From assembly GCA_964607155.1 (NCBI GenBank), contig CAZSIF010000009.1, positions 6,795 to 70,794 on the forward strand: a DNA stretch of 64,000 nt. Reading direction: 5' to 3'. Within the stretch, counting starts at the first letter, position 1. The number at the start of each line of letters is the position of its first letter. Below are positions 10,691 to 20,260 of the stretch, piece after piece. Below the pieces are notes generated by a model, which had not been told where the DNA came from, did not search any database, and was given only the letters and a program-made list of their open reading frames with translations. Made by a program: the position numbers and the translations under genes. Source of the DNA: an uncultured Oscillospiraceae bacterium. GTDB lineage: Bacteria; Bacillota; Clostridia; Christensenellales; CAG-314.

Positions 10691-10912
10691 CTAAATTAGC
10701 CAAAAATACAACAATACCGCCACTGCCGAAAAGCATGCGATTGCGCCCAAAACGACAGGCAAGTACACCGCAAAAGCCGCTTTGATTGCCGCCTTGCGTT
10801 CCTTTTTTGTAAGCTCGGTTCCCTTCGTTTTGCATCTACCGCGATATAGCTCGTCCACGCCATCCATATTATAAATCGTGTGTCCGTCATCGACATAGGG
10901 TGTTTTTTTCAT
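10691..10912 (-). CDS. Small single-pass membrane protein (73 aa), function unknown
   Basis: ATG at 10912 is preceded by GGAGAG. It has a basic N-terminal half and a C-terminal TM helix (AFAVYLPVVLGAIACFSAVAVLLYFWLI). It sits between oppF and the protease gene, and its stop is 8 nt before the protease ATG. Confidence 0.55.
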   Translation of the reverse strand: MKKTPYVDDGHTIYNMDGVDELYRGRCKTKGTELTKKERKAAIKAAFAVYLPVVLGAIACFSAVAVLLYFWLI

Positions 10913-10956
10913 TATCTCTCCATGAGCGGCTTGGCTATGCCGCTTGTGTGCAACCG

Positions 10957-11991
10957 TTATTCGACGGGGTTCTCCTGCTCCGCCATTGCCTCGCTATCGT
11001 ACAGATGGCACGCGACAAAGTGGTTGGGAGTAGCCTCGACGTAACGCGGTTGCTTGTGCTTGCAAATTTCCATACACTTTGCACAGCGAGTGTGGAACTT
11101 GCAGCCTGTCGGGGGGCTTGCCGGCGATGGAATATCGCCCTGCAAAATTATGCGCTTAGCTTTTGTATCGGGGTCCGGCATGGGGATTGCGCTGAACAAT
11201 GCCTGCGTGTAGGGATGCAAAGGATTGTTAAACAGCTCGTCCGTTTCGCCCGTTTCCATCGTGTTGCCAAGATACATTACCATGATTTTATCGGTTATGT
11301 ACTTTACTACGGAAAGGTCGTGCGAAATAAAGATATAGGTGAGCCCCATAGTTTGCTGAAGCTCCTTTAGCAGATTTATTATCTGTGCCTGTATTGATAC
11401 GTCCAATGCCGATACAGGCTCATCGCAAACCACAAGTTTAGGCTTTACCGCAAGTGCGCGAGCTATACAAATACGCTGCCGCTGTCCGCCGGAAAACTCG
11501 TGCGGATACCTATCATAGTAATGCTGTTGCAAACCGCATTTTTTCATTATGTCCCTAACGTAGGCGTTAACCTCGTTTTTGGGCACGATATTGTGCACTC
11601 GCACCGCTTCGGAAATTATGCTACCGATAGTCATACGCGGCGGCAAGCTGGAATACGGATCCTGAAAGATAAGCTGCATTTGTGTGCGATATTTAGCCAT
11701 CTCCTTGCGAGTGAGCTTGGTTATATCCGTTCCGTCGAACACAATGCTTCCGCCATCGGACTCGTACAGCTTTAGTATTGTGCGCCCCAGCGTGGTTTTG
11801 CCGCAGCCGGATTCGCCCACGACACCTATCGTGGTGCCAGCCTTTAGCGTAAACGAGATATCGTCCACCGCACGCAAATATCTTTTGGGCTTACCGAAAA
11901 AATTAGTTTCGATGGGGAAATACTTTTTGAGATTTTTTACCTCTAAAATATTTTCAGCCTCGATATCGTTGTTAACAGTTATGTTTGTCAT
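10957..11991 (-). CDS. oppF: Oligopeptide/dipeptide ABC transporter ATP-binding protein (OppF-type)
   Basis: Walker A GESGCGKTT, signature FSGGQRQR, Walker B LVVCDEP. Cys-rich Opp C-terminal domain (CKFHTRCAKCMEIC). ATG with AGGAGA SD. Confidence 0.9.
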   Translation of the reverse strand: MTNITVNNDIEAENILEVKNLKKYFPIETNFFGKPKRYLRAVDDISFTLKAGTTIGVVGESGCGKTTLGRTILKLYESDGGSIVFDGTDITKLTRKEMAKYRTQMQLIFQDPYSSLPPRMTIGSIISEAVRVHNIVPKNEVNAYVRDIMKKCGLQQHYYDRYPHEFSGGQRQRICIARALAVKPKLVVCDEPVSALDVSIQAQIINLLKELQQTMGLTYIFISHDLSVVKYITDKIMVMYLGNTMETGETDELFNNPLHPYTQALFSAIPMPDPDTKAKRIILQGDIPSPASPPTGCKFHTRCAKCMEICKHKQPRYVEATPNHFVACHLYDSEAMAEQENPVE

Positions 11992-12074
11992 TGTTCTCCT
12001 ATCGACGCGAGCGCCGTGCGCAACGCTGTCGAGCGTAAATAATTTAACTACACTATCGCAGTAAAACAGTCGGA

Positions 12075-13250
12075 TTAAGCGTTGGATTCGTCCTCAGCTT
12101 GCTGCTTGTACAGATAGCAAGAAACATAGTGCGTATCGCTAACCTTGATTTCAGGCGGATACTCACCCTTGCATGCCTCACAGGTGCGGTTACAACGGTT
12201 GCGGAAGTAACAGCAATTCGGGAGGTTGATTGGGTTTGGAACCTGCCCCGGAATGGAGTACAGCGGCTCGTTTGACGGCGAAGTGATAAGCGGCTTGCTT
12301 TTTTGCAGACCTATCGTGTACGGGTGCAACGGATTGTGGAAAATCTCGCTTGCCGTGCCCTTTTCGATAACCCTACCCGCATACATAACAACAACCTCAT
12401 CTGCCATTTCCGCAATAACGCCCAGGTCGTGCGTGATAAGCATTACCGAGCAGCCTTCCTCACGTTGAAGGGTTTTTAACAAATCCAATATCTGCGCTTG
12501 AATGGTTACGTCCAAAGCCGTTGTGGGCTCGTCGGCAATAATAAGCTTGGGATTGCCCACCAATGCCATTGCAATCATAACGCGTTGGCGCATTCCGCCG
12601 GAAAGCTCGTGCGGATAGGATTTGTAAACGTGTTCCGGCATGGCAATGCCGACTTTTGTTAACATTTCGATACTGCGTGCACGCGCCTGTTCCTTGGTGA
12701 CTTCCGGATTGTGCGTAAAGGACACTTCATCCAGCTGATTGCCTATTGTAAACACCGGATTAAGACTTGTCATCGGCTCTTGGAATATCATAGTGATATC
12801 CTTACCGCGAACCTTGTACATTTCCTGCGTGGGCATTTTTGCCGTGTTATACGCAAGCTTTTGTCCGTCCTCATTGTAACCGAGCGAATCGGAATTAAAA
12901 CGAATTTCGCCGTCGATTACCTGACCTTGCGGAGCTTGCACAAGTTGCATTATAGATAACGAAGTTACGCTTTTGCCACAACCGGATTCACCTACAACGC
13001 CCACTATTTTTTTCTTGGGAATATCAAAGGATACGCCGTTGACGGACATTACCGTTCCGTTATCCGTAAAGAACACCGTTTTTAGCCCGTCGATTTCCAA
13101 AATATTATCGGGGTTACGCATTACCGAGGTGTACTCTTCGGGAGCAAGCTCTCTGCGCTTTAACTCCTCGTAATACTTCATCTGACGGATATTGTGACGA
13201 ATGATTTTACGACTTTCTCTAATAGAGATATAGTTAGAATTCTTTTTCAT
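12075..13250 (-). CDS. oppD: Oligopeptide/dipeptide ABC transporter ATP-binding protein (OppD-type) with ~50-aa basic N-terminal extension
   Basis: Walker [10 protein letters not shown], signature LSGGMRQR, Walker [10 protein letters not shown]-terminal Cys motif [15 protein letters not shown]. Confidence 0.9.
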   Translation of the reverse strand: MKKNSNYISIRESRKIIRHNIRQMKYYEELKRRELAPEEYTSVMRNPDNILEIDGLKTVFFTDNGTVMSVNGVSFDIPKKKIVGVVGESGCGKSVTSLSIMQLVQAPQGQVIDGEIRFNSDSLGYNEDGQKLAYNTAKMPTQEMYKVRGKDITMIFQEPMTSLNPVFTIGNQLDEVSFTHNPEVTKEQARARSIEMLTKVGIAMPEHVYKSYPHELSGGMRQRVMIAMALVGNPKLIIADEPTTALDVTIQAQILDLLKTLQREEGCSVMLITHDLGVIAEMADEVVVMYAGRVIEKGTASEIFHNPLHPYTIGLQKSKPLITSPSNEPLYSIPGQVPNPINLPNCCYFRNRCNRTCEACKGEYPPEIKVSDTHYVSCYLYKQQAEDESNA

Positions 13251-13259
13251 AGCTGCCCC

Positions 13260-14465
13260 CTATTTTTTCGCCTTGGGGTCCATTGCGTCCCGCAGACCGT
13301 CGCCGACAAAGTTAAAACCAAGCACGGCGATAACAATCATTATACCTGCGGGCAACCACATATTAAGGTGATACTTTAGCACCTGCGGATCGTTTGAAGT
13401 GGCAATCATCGTGCCCCACGCCGCCTTGGGAATTTGCACGCCCAAGCCAAGATAACTAAGAGTGGACTCGTACAGAATAACGCTGCCCAAACCAAGCGTC
13501 ATCGAAACGATAAGCTGCGGCATAACGTTGGGAATAAGGTGAACAAAAATCTTTCGCCAAGTGGGGAAGCCCATTACTTCTGTTGCTGTGATAAATTCCT
13601 GCTCTCTTAGCGACAAAATCTGTCCGCGAACAAGGCGCGCAACACCGCTCCAACTGAACACGGTAATTATCGCCATGAGCAAATAGATACGCGTATCTGC
13701 ATCCACCTTCCAGCTATCAATCATAGCCGAAGCGATAAGCAAAATGGGTAACGTGGGGATACAAGTAAATATATCCACGATACGCATAATAACGTTATCC
13801 ACCCAGCCGCCGAAATAGCCGGCAATGCCGCCGAGAATAACGCCGATTAGCGTTTCCAAAATAACTACGATAAAACCTATCGTAAGGGATATTCTGCCGC
13901 CGTACATAAGACGAACGAACACGTCCATGCCCTTATCGTCCGTGCCAAGCCAGTGCTCCACGCTCGGATCCGCATACGCATTGTATGTCATAACAGTAAC
14001 GACGACTTCCGTAACTTCCGTTTGACTTCCGTCGGGATTGGTAACATAGTGCGTTTCCACCGTTTCCACAGGGAACTCGCCACTATCTACCACGTCCTCG
14101 CCCATTTCCTTGCCCCATTTGTTTTCGTAGTAATTTTCATACACTACCGGACCAAGGAAGGAAAATAAGAACAGGAACACAATCATTATCAATCCGACGA
14201 TAGACAGTTTGGAGCGGAAAAATCTACGCATAATGAGCGAAAATGGGCTCATTTCTTTATAGGTTCTTTCCAATAAGTCTTCCGATTGTACCATTGCGTT
14301 CTGACGTGCCAATCTGCGTTTTTTTGCTTGCTTTATTTCGTACACGAACAAAAATACGATAACAAATAGCAACGCAAGTGCAAGCGCGCCAAGCACAATA
14401 AGTTTTTGAATTGGCATTTCAAGCAGTTTGGCAAAACCGCTTGCAAACAAAATAGCAGCGTTCAT
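13260..14465 (-). CDS. oppC: Oligopeptide ABC permease (OppC-type) with an extra N-terminal TM segment and an extracytoplasmic insert
   Basis: 401 aa. OppC hallmarks 'HWLGTDDKGMDVFVRLMYGGRISL' and the EAA-type loop 'EFITATEVMGFPTWRKIFVHLIPN'. ATG 14465 lies 4 nt after the oppB stop and has a GGAGG SD. Confidence 0.88.
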   Translation of the reverse strand: MNAAILFASGFAKLLEMPIQKLIVLGALALALLFVIVFLFVYEIKQAKKRRLARQNAMVQSEDLLERTYKEMSPFSLIMRRFFRSKLSIVGLIMIVFLFLFSFLGPVVYENYYENKWGKEMGEDVVDSGEFPVETVETHYVTNPDGSQTEVTEVVVTVMTYNAYADPSVEHWLGTDDKGMDVFVRLMYGGRISLTIGFIVVILETLIGVILGGIAGYFGGWVDNVIMRIVDIFTCIPTLPILLIASAMIDSWKVDADTRIYLLMAIITVFSWSGVARLVRGQILSLREQEFITATEVMGFPTWRKIFVHLIPNVMPQLIVSMTLGLGSVILYESTLSYLGLGVQIPKAAWGTMIATSNDPQVLKYHLNMWLPAGIMIVIAVLGFNFVGDGLRDAMDPKAKK

Positions 14466-14468
14466 ATT

Positions 14469-15848
14469 TTACCTCCCCAGCTTAACTCTCGGATCGACGA
14501 TCGAGTACATGATATCGGACATAAGCGTGCCGATAACTGTCAGAATTGCCAAAAACATATTGTAGCCCATAACAAACGGAATATCACCTGCTTTAAGCGC
14601 ATTATAAGCAAGACGCCCAATACCGTCGATTGCAAAAACTTGCTCGGTAATCATCATTCCGCCAAACAAACCGGGCAAAATACCTGCAAGCATTGTTGCA
14701 AGCGGAATTAATGTGTTTCTGAATGCGTGCTTGTAGATAACGGTTTTTTCCGAAAGTCCCTTTGCACGAGCAGTACGGATATAGTCGGAGTTCAATACCT
14801 CCAACATATTGGTACGCGTGTAACGCATAAGTCCGCCAAGCGACAAAATTACGCTCACGAAAATGGGCAGAATAAGGTGATATGCCATATCGCCTATCTT
14901 TGCAAGTTGTCCCCAAAAATCTGTCGAGAATGTTGCACCGCCGGAAATCAATCCGCTTACGGGCAACAAGCCCAAATCAACCGCAAAGAATTTTACCGCG
15001 ATTGCCGCAAAAAAGTAGGTTGGCAACGACAAGCCAATCATCGTGAAAATGGTAACGAGATAGTCCTGCGCAGAATATTGATGTGTTGCAGAGGATATTC
15101 CCAACGGAATAGCAATGAGGAACTGCAATATCGTTGCAACTACGGCGATGGCAAAAGAAATCCACATATTTTCGCCGATGACTTGCGCAACGGGCTTTTC
15201 GTACTTAAAGGAAGTGCCAAGGTCGCCCTTGAGCATTCTGCCCAACCATCCAAAGTAACCGGAAAGTATCGAGCCGAGCGTTTCACCGAAGCCAACCACC
15301 TCGTAAGAGCAATCCGTGGTTAAACCTTCAAGCGTTATTTGCTCCGCCACGTTATCCACAACAAAGGTGCCCTGCGCCACAGTAGTGGTAAGCTTTTTGC
15401 TTGTTGTAGAGCCGTCGCTTGCCGTGACTTGCTCGTATTCTTCCTTAATGATAACGTAAGTGCACTGCGTTCCGTCGTCGCCAACGGTAAGAGTAAGCAC
15501 AAAGTCGCCGCTATCGGTGTTATTGGTGTAATCGCCGCTAACAAAGCCCTGATACAACTCCTTGGTTGCGGTATCCGTTTCGTGATCGACCTTTTTGACG
15601 TCTTTTTCAAAATAACCGTCGTAGCCGCCAACCTCGATGCGAATGCGCGCCTCCGGAGTGTACAGTCCGTAAAGTTTTTTGAAATTATCCACGTCTGAGC
15701 GTTTGATTGCGCCGCTCTGTAACTGCGAAGCGAACTTTACGTCAACGTAGTCGTTCGGCATCAGTCGCACCATCGTGTAAATAATTACGGATACACCCAA
15801 TAATATCAATATTGATATGAGTAATCTTTTAACTATATATTTGAACAT
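14469..15848 (-). CDS. oppB: Oligopeptide ABC permease (OppB-type) with a ~140-aa insertion in the first extracytoplasmic loop
   Basis: The canonical OppB N-terminus MFKYIVKRLL begins at ATG 15848; the track's GTG at 15902 adds 18 non-conserved residues. EAA loop 'DYIRTARAKGLSEKTVIYKHAFRN'. The insert is ~nt 15250-15640. Confidence 0.88.
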   Translation of the reverse strand: MFKYIVKRLLISILILLGVSVIIYTMVRLMPNDYVDVKFASQLQSGAIKRSDVDNFKKLYGLYTPEARIRIEVGGYDGYFEKDVKKVDHETDTATKELYQGFVSGDYTNNTDSGDFVLTLTVGDDGTQCTYVIIKEEYEQVTASDGSTTSKKLTTTVAQGTFVVDNVAEQITLEGLTTDCSYEVVGFGETLGSILSGYFGWLGRMLKGDLGTSFKYEKPVAQVIGENMWISFAIAVVATILQFLIAIPLGISSATHQYSAQDYLVTIFTMIGLSLPTYFFAAIAVKFFAVDLGLLPVSGLISGGATFSTDFWGQLAKIGDMAYHLILPIFVSVILSLGGLMRYTRTNMLEVLNSDYIRTARAKGLSEKTVIYKHAFRNTLIPLATMLAGILPGLFGGMMITEQVFAIDGIGRLAYNALKAGDIPFVMGYNMFLAILTVIGTLMSDIMYSIVDPRVKLGR

Positions 15849-16011
15849 TTTACCTTTTATAACGTCGCTTACCGCAGTTGCCTGCAGCAAGGGCGACAAC
15901 ACGAAGAAATCTCCGTGATTTTTACTCTGCCAAAGTAGCTTTATCGGCAGATACTATCGTTTAGCCTGTGTTGCTCGAGCAGGACAACTGCCCTGCCCGA
16001 AAAAGCTGTTA

Positions 16012-18732
16012 TTATTTTACCAAGGACAACATGTTAAGATTGTTTATCAATCCCTTGTAAGCAGATAACTCCGATGCCGGCGTAAAGGAGCTTTCGTCGA
16101 TGATATTGGTATTGTAGGCGTACAAGTCGTTACGCTGATATGTAGGCAACTCTATTGCCAGCTCCATAACGAGGTCAAGTGCCTGTCTGTAGATACCTGC
16201 TCTGACGCTTTGGTCGCTTGTTGCACGTCCTCTTTCAATAAGATCGGATAGTTCCACAAGAATACCATACTCCGTCGAGTACTTTGTTTGGTTACCGAGA
16301 ATTTGCTTGTAGCCCCAGTTCAAAACGGATGTTGCCTGCGACTCCATGTGATAAACCTGATACATATCCGGATCGATAGTGGAACCCCATGCCGCAGCCC
16401 AAACGGTCAATGCGCCGCTGGAAAGCTTGTTAAGTGCGTTTGCATCTGTACGAACGGTAATATCGAAGCCGATAGTGTTAAGTAACTCACCGGCTGTAAA
16501 CAATGCCATGTATGCGGGGTGGTCGGTTTCCTCGCCGGCAATGGTAAACTCGTAGCTGAGCTTATCCGTACTCTTTTGCAATACGGTGCCGTTATTGATA
16601 TAGCCTGCGTTTTCGGTTGCAGTCCAAGCTCCGTTGGAGTAACCGTTGTTTTGGACAAGTCCGAGCAAAAATTCCTTTTGTTCCTCAGTGGAAAGCACCT
16701 TGCCTGCATCGTATCTGTTTGCATCGGGAGTGCCTTCTACTTGCTCACGCTTGTATTCGATAAAGTCCTTATAATCAGGATTTACCACGTCAAGATCTTC
16801 CGGAATTGCGCCGCCGATGTACGGATAGTACGCCGTGCAACCCGTCGGATATGCCCAGTTGGACTTGGACATCGAGCGGTAAATTGCTTCAGCCGTGCTC
16901 TTGTAGTAATCAACGCACTGCTGCGTGTTAATTGAGTGCATTATTGCCTGACGAACCTTTATACTGGGCACTTTGCCGGCGTTAATGCCGATGTAGCCGT
17001 AACCGGAAGTTTGTATCATTTTAACGCCAAAGCCGTCACTCTTTTTGCCCTCAAGCTCGGATTTATTTTCCGGCTTAGCGTTGGGCTCTGCAAAGTGAAT
17101 GTCCTTGCTGTACAGGGAGTTGAGCATTTGCGACTCGGAAACAACCTTGTAACGAATACTCTTTATTTTTGCTTTGCCTGCAAAGTAATACGGGTTGCGC
17201 TCGTAGTACACAACGCCCTTGTCGTAAAATTCGCCGCTTGTGACGTTTTCAATTCCGCCCGATGAGCGACTTGCCGCATAAGGACCGGCGCCAACGGGAA
17301 CACCGATTTTGGACGACGCCTTTACAACTTCCGTCATAAAGTCTTGCGAACCGTACTCTACGCCAAAGTTACTTTCAAAGTCAAACGCTTCAATGTAGTT
17401 TTTGCCATTCCAGTTAGTCGTGGAATAATAGTACATCGGTGCGATTGTAATACCAAAGTTCCAAATAGCTTTGGGGTCTTCCTTGTTGATGGTGATGGAC
17501 AAAACCTCGTAGCTGCCTTCTTTGATATCGCCATTTTCGTACTCGGGCACGGGATAATCCGTACCGTTAACGTTTACCGTTTCTGTTCTGTTGGCAAATT
17601 TAATACCGGTGATGTTATTAACGGTACGCTCGTTTTGCTTGAAGTACGTTTGCATTTGGTCGTTGACAATGTACTCGTACAGCGTGCTTGCCGTAGCCCA
17701 ACCGGTAATAACTTCGCCTACGCTATCCGGCATTTTGTTGTTGTAAACGCGTTCGATTGCCTTTTCCTTTGTCCAGCTTTTGAGCTCGCTCACGTCGTTA
17801 GTCAACGTGCTGGTAAGCTCGCCTTTACCGTTGTTTCCCTTTTTGTTCCAGCTAATGCAACCTTCGTTGTAGAGGAACATCTCCACGTCGGTGGTAAACA
17901 ATCCTTCGATAAGCTCACCGTTATCGTTTTTGAATTTTTTATCCCTATACGAATCCACCGCGTTTGTGTAGTCCGACTCCAGCTCCTCGCGGAAGAATAC
18001 CTGCGCTTGCTTGAAATCATCCACAATATGTGCATAAGTATCAGACGTATGGTCTTTTTTGTACTGCTCAAGGAGGGCGATAAATTCATCCTCCGTGCCG
18101 CCCTTGTTAGAGGCTATGCTCAAAATGTCGTCAACGGCATAGTACAACGCTGTAATTCTTGAGGTTGCTTCCTCTTGGAATCTCTGTTTGAAGCTATCTT
18201 GATCAGCTTCGCTAAGCTGTTGCGTACGGTACGCCTTTAAGCCCACGATATCCGTAGAATAAATCGTGCTAGAGCCTGTGTAGGCAGGGTCCAGATAAAC
18301 ATAGTAGTTAAACAACACGTCCTTGATTGTAAGCAACGAACCGTTGGAAAAGCGCACGTTATTTTTGAGCACGAACAGATACGTTGTAGTATCGGTTTTC
18401 TCGTCATAGTAGAACTCCAAATCCTTGGTTACAACTTGCTCGTCGTCGCCGTAGGTGTAGCCTCCCTTGGAGTTGTTGCCCAACATGGAAACTTGTGTGG
18501 GGCTTATAACGTTGCTATCTGCCGCCGTTGTGGAAAAGAAGGGGTTAAACACCTTGTCCAGTTCCTGCGATGAAAATACCAGTGCAAAATCCTCGCCCAA
18601 GCCACTTCCACCATTAGAGCCACCATCTGAATTATCCGGTTCTTTGGTGCAAGCAACAAGCGGAAGCGCCGTGGTTGCAAGCAAAAGCACGGCAATTGCC
18701 AAACTTGTTGCTATTTTCGTAAATCTTTTCAT
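16012..18732 (-). CDS. Very large (906 aa) family-5 (OppA/DppA-like) substrate-binding lipoprotein
   Basis: Signal peptide with lipobox (LLATTALPLVAC|T), then a Gly/Ser linker. Family-5-like segments (e.g. 'GAGPY', 'YERNPYYF', 'IRYKVV'). First gene position in front of oppBCDF. AAGGAGA SD. Confidence 0.8.
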   Translation of the reverse strand: MKRFTKIATSLAIAVLLLATTALPLVACTKEPDNSDGGSNGGSGLGEDFALVFSSQELDKVFNPFFSTTAADSNVISPTQVSMLGNNSKGGYTYGDDEQVVTKDLEFYYDEKTDTTTYLFVLKNNVRFSNGSLLTIKDVLFNYYVYLDPAYTGSSTIYSTDIVGLKAYRTQQLSEADQDSFKQRFQEEATSRITALYYAVDDILSIASNKGGTEDEFIALLEQYKKDHTSDTYAHIVDDFKQAQVFFREELESDYTNAVDSYRDKKFKNDNGELIEGLFTTDVEMFLYNEGCISWNKKGNNGKGELTSTLTNDVSELKSWTKEKAIERVYNNKMPDSVGEVITGWATASTLYEYIVNDQMQTYFKQNERTVNNITGIKFANRTETVNVNGTDYPVPEYENGDIKEGSYEVLSITINKEDPKAIWNFGITIAPMYYYSTTNWNGKNYIEAFDFESNFGVEYGSQDFMTEVVKASSKIGVPVGAGPYAASRSSGGIENVTSGEFYDKGVVYYERNPYYFAGKAKIKSIRYKVVSESQMLNSLYSKDIHFAEPNAKPENKSELEGKKSDGFGVKMIQTSGYGYIGINAGKVPSIKVRQAIMHSINTQQCVDYYKSTAEAIYRSMSKSNWAYPTGCTAYYPYIGGAIPEDLDVVNPDYKDFIEYKREQVEGTPDANRYDAGKVLSTEEQKEFLLGLVQNNGYSNGAWTATENAGYINNGTVLQKSTDKLSYEFTIAGEETDHPAYMALFTAGELLNTIGFDITVRTDANALNKLSSGALTVWAAAWGSTIDPDMYQVYHMESQATSVLNWGYKQILGNQTKYSTEYGILVELSDLIERGRATSDQSVRAGIYRQALDLVMELAIELPTYQRNDLYAYNTNIIDESSFTPASELSAYKGLINNLNMLSLVK

Positions 18733-18817
18733 TACATTTCTCCTTAAAAATTTATCACGCCGATTTTACCGGCTTACCGCCGCACACGAGCTTCCTCGCA
18801 GCGCAACGCATTTGTGA

Positions 18818-19987
18818 CTAATTATATTCTTTCGTAACCAAAACGCTACAAGCGTCGTCCTGTTGAGCGGCATCGCCAATAGCAAACAGCTTATCGGCAA
18901 CCACCAGTTGTTCCTCCGCAACGCTCGTTTTAAAGCTAACCGTAAAATCCATTGTTACTTCGGTAAAAGTGCAATTGGTTGCGCTTGCCGCAAAGGGTGC
19001 GACGTACAGCTTGTTGTACACTACGCCGCTGTTCACGTTGACTTCAACCGATATATCCGTAAAGGTGATGTTGCGCACGTCCGCAAAACTTGCCTCCGCA
19101 AATAGACACGCATACAAGGCTTGCTCGTTTTCGTCCGCCACATCCTGCAACAGGTCGTTTTTGCTAAAACCGCCAACAGGCGAGGTGCCCGCCTTGATTT
19201 TCAGGTTGGAAACGGTATGTCCGTTACCCTCGATAACGATATGCGAGTTTTCTCTGCCGTTGAGCTTGGCTTTTGCCGCAATGGCTACTCCACCAAGGTC
19301 GATATCCGCCGTCAGATAGATACTTTCCTTGCCGAAGTATTTTGTGAACTCCGTCGCGGTCGAAACTATTTTGTACTTACCCTTGACGTAATTGCAAAAA
19401 ACGCTGATGGCAGTATCCGTATCGCCGCCTGGATGAGTAAACGAGCTATCCCACGGATTGCCCTGTTCATCAACAAAGCCCAACAGCGTATAGCCGCTGC
19501 GTTTGCTGCCGTATCCGTTAAAGTCGCTAAACACTTGTCCTTGCTTAACGTTATCATAGGTGCCGATTACAACCACTTCGTCGTTTTCATCACGATAGCA
19601 CACACGATAGGAATACTTGACCTGCTTTTTCCAGCAGGCATATAGCTCAACGCCGTTTTTATCCACCTTATCAGTAGAAAAATCCCATTCGTCGGAATAA
19701 GTAACCTCACTGCCGTTGACTGTTTTTTTTCTAAACCAGCCCACCAACTCGTAGTTATCTCGCTGTACGTTTGTATCCGTAAGCGCGTCAGGCGACTGGA
19801 TAAGCCACGTTCCGTCGCCCTCGTAATTGTAATAGTAAGTTACGGGGCGAGAGCTATTTTTGTATAAGCCCCCCTCAAGATTGAACACAACCTTAACTCC
19901 GCTGTGCTCGTCACTCTGCGAGCAACCATATAGGCACACACAAAGCAACGCCGCCAACAGGGCGATCAGTATAAGTCTTTTTTTCAT
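18818..19987 (-). CDS. Lipoprotein with two Listeria-Bacteroides (InlB B-repeat-like) repeats and one copy of the beta-helix-like module also found at 45341-52451
   Basis: Start moved to ATG 19987 (GAGAGG SD; MKKRLILIALLAALLCVCLYGC|S lipobox). Repeats 'YELVGWF' and 'GYTLLGFVDEQGNPW'. Module start 'IVSTATEFTKYF..IYLTADIDLGG....GNGHTVSNLKI'. Confidence 0.75.
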   Translation of the reverse strand: MKKRLILIALLAALLCVCLYGCSQSDEHSGVKVVFNLEGGLYKNSSRPVTYYYNYEGDGTWLIQSPDALTDTNVQRDNYELVGWFRKKTVNGSEVTYSDEWDFSTDKVDKNGVELYACWKKQVKYSYRVCYRDENDEVVVIGTYDNVKQGQVFSDFNGYGSKRSGYTLLGFVDEQGNPWDSSFTHPGGDTDTAISVFCNYVKGKYKIVSTATEFTKYFGKESIYLTADIDLGGVAIAAKAKLNGRENSHIVIEGNGHTVSNLKIKAGTSPVGGFSKNDLLQDVADENEQALYACLFAEASFADVRNITFTDISVEVNVNSGVVYNKLYVAPFAASATNCTFTEVTMDFTVSFKTSVAEEQLVVADKLFAIGDAAQQDDACSVLVTKEYN

Positions 19988-20222
19988 AATTCCTCTCAAA
20001 ATGCCGACGATTTGCAAATTCGCCAAAATCTGACGTATAAAGTGTACAACTAAAATGTAAAGTCCGTCAAGTGAAAACAAGGTGCAAAAAACAAAAAATC
20101 TTTCAGCTTTAAGCATAATTTAATATATATGCAACAACAAAATCATAAATGAGAACCGCGTTCGCCCGCAAATTTAGGCAGAGCGCGCCCGATAAAACTA
20201 CATCCTGCACACCCCAATCGAC

Positions 20223-20260
20223 AAAAAACGTCCTCGACGCTTGAATCCACGCCGAGGACG
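20223..20260 (-). terminator. Rho-independent (bidirectional-looking) terminator downstream of rsgA
   Basis: 8-bp GC-rich stem CGTCCTCG/CGAGGACG (20229-20236 / 20253-20260). It is flanked by A6 on the plus strand (T6 on the minus strand) and by a T-rich run on the other side. Confidence 0.6.

Noticed and set aside
10683-10835. N-terminal 51-aa extension of the protease ORF in the six-frame track. Similar extensions occur at 19988-20116, 21551-21640, 28555-28659, 45078-45134, 52452-52595, 54385-54450, 59368-59415, 60338-60382 and 15849-15902.
   Set aside because: In each case an internal ATG has a good SD and yields a canonical N-terminus (signal peptide, lipobox or conserved family start). 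The extension overlaps the upstream gene or lacks an SD, and some track starts are GTG.
18802-18815. 13-14-nt identical string CGCAACGCATTTGT downstream of two module-containing genes (18802-18815 and 45244-45257).
   Set aside because: By a rough N^2/4^13 estimate, tens of chance 13-mer matches are expected in 64 kb on both strands. There is no extended similarity around the match.
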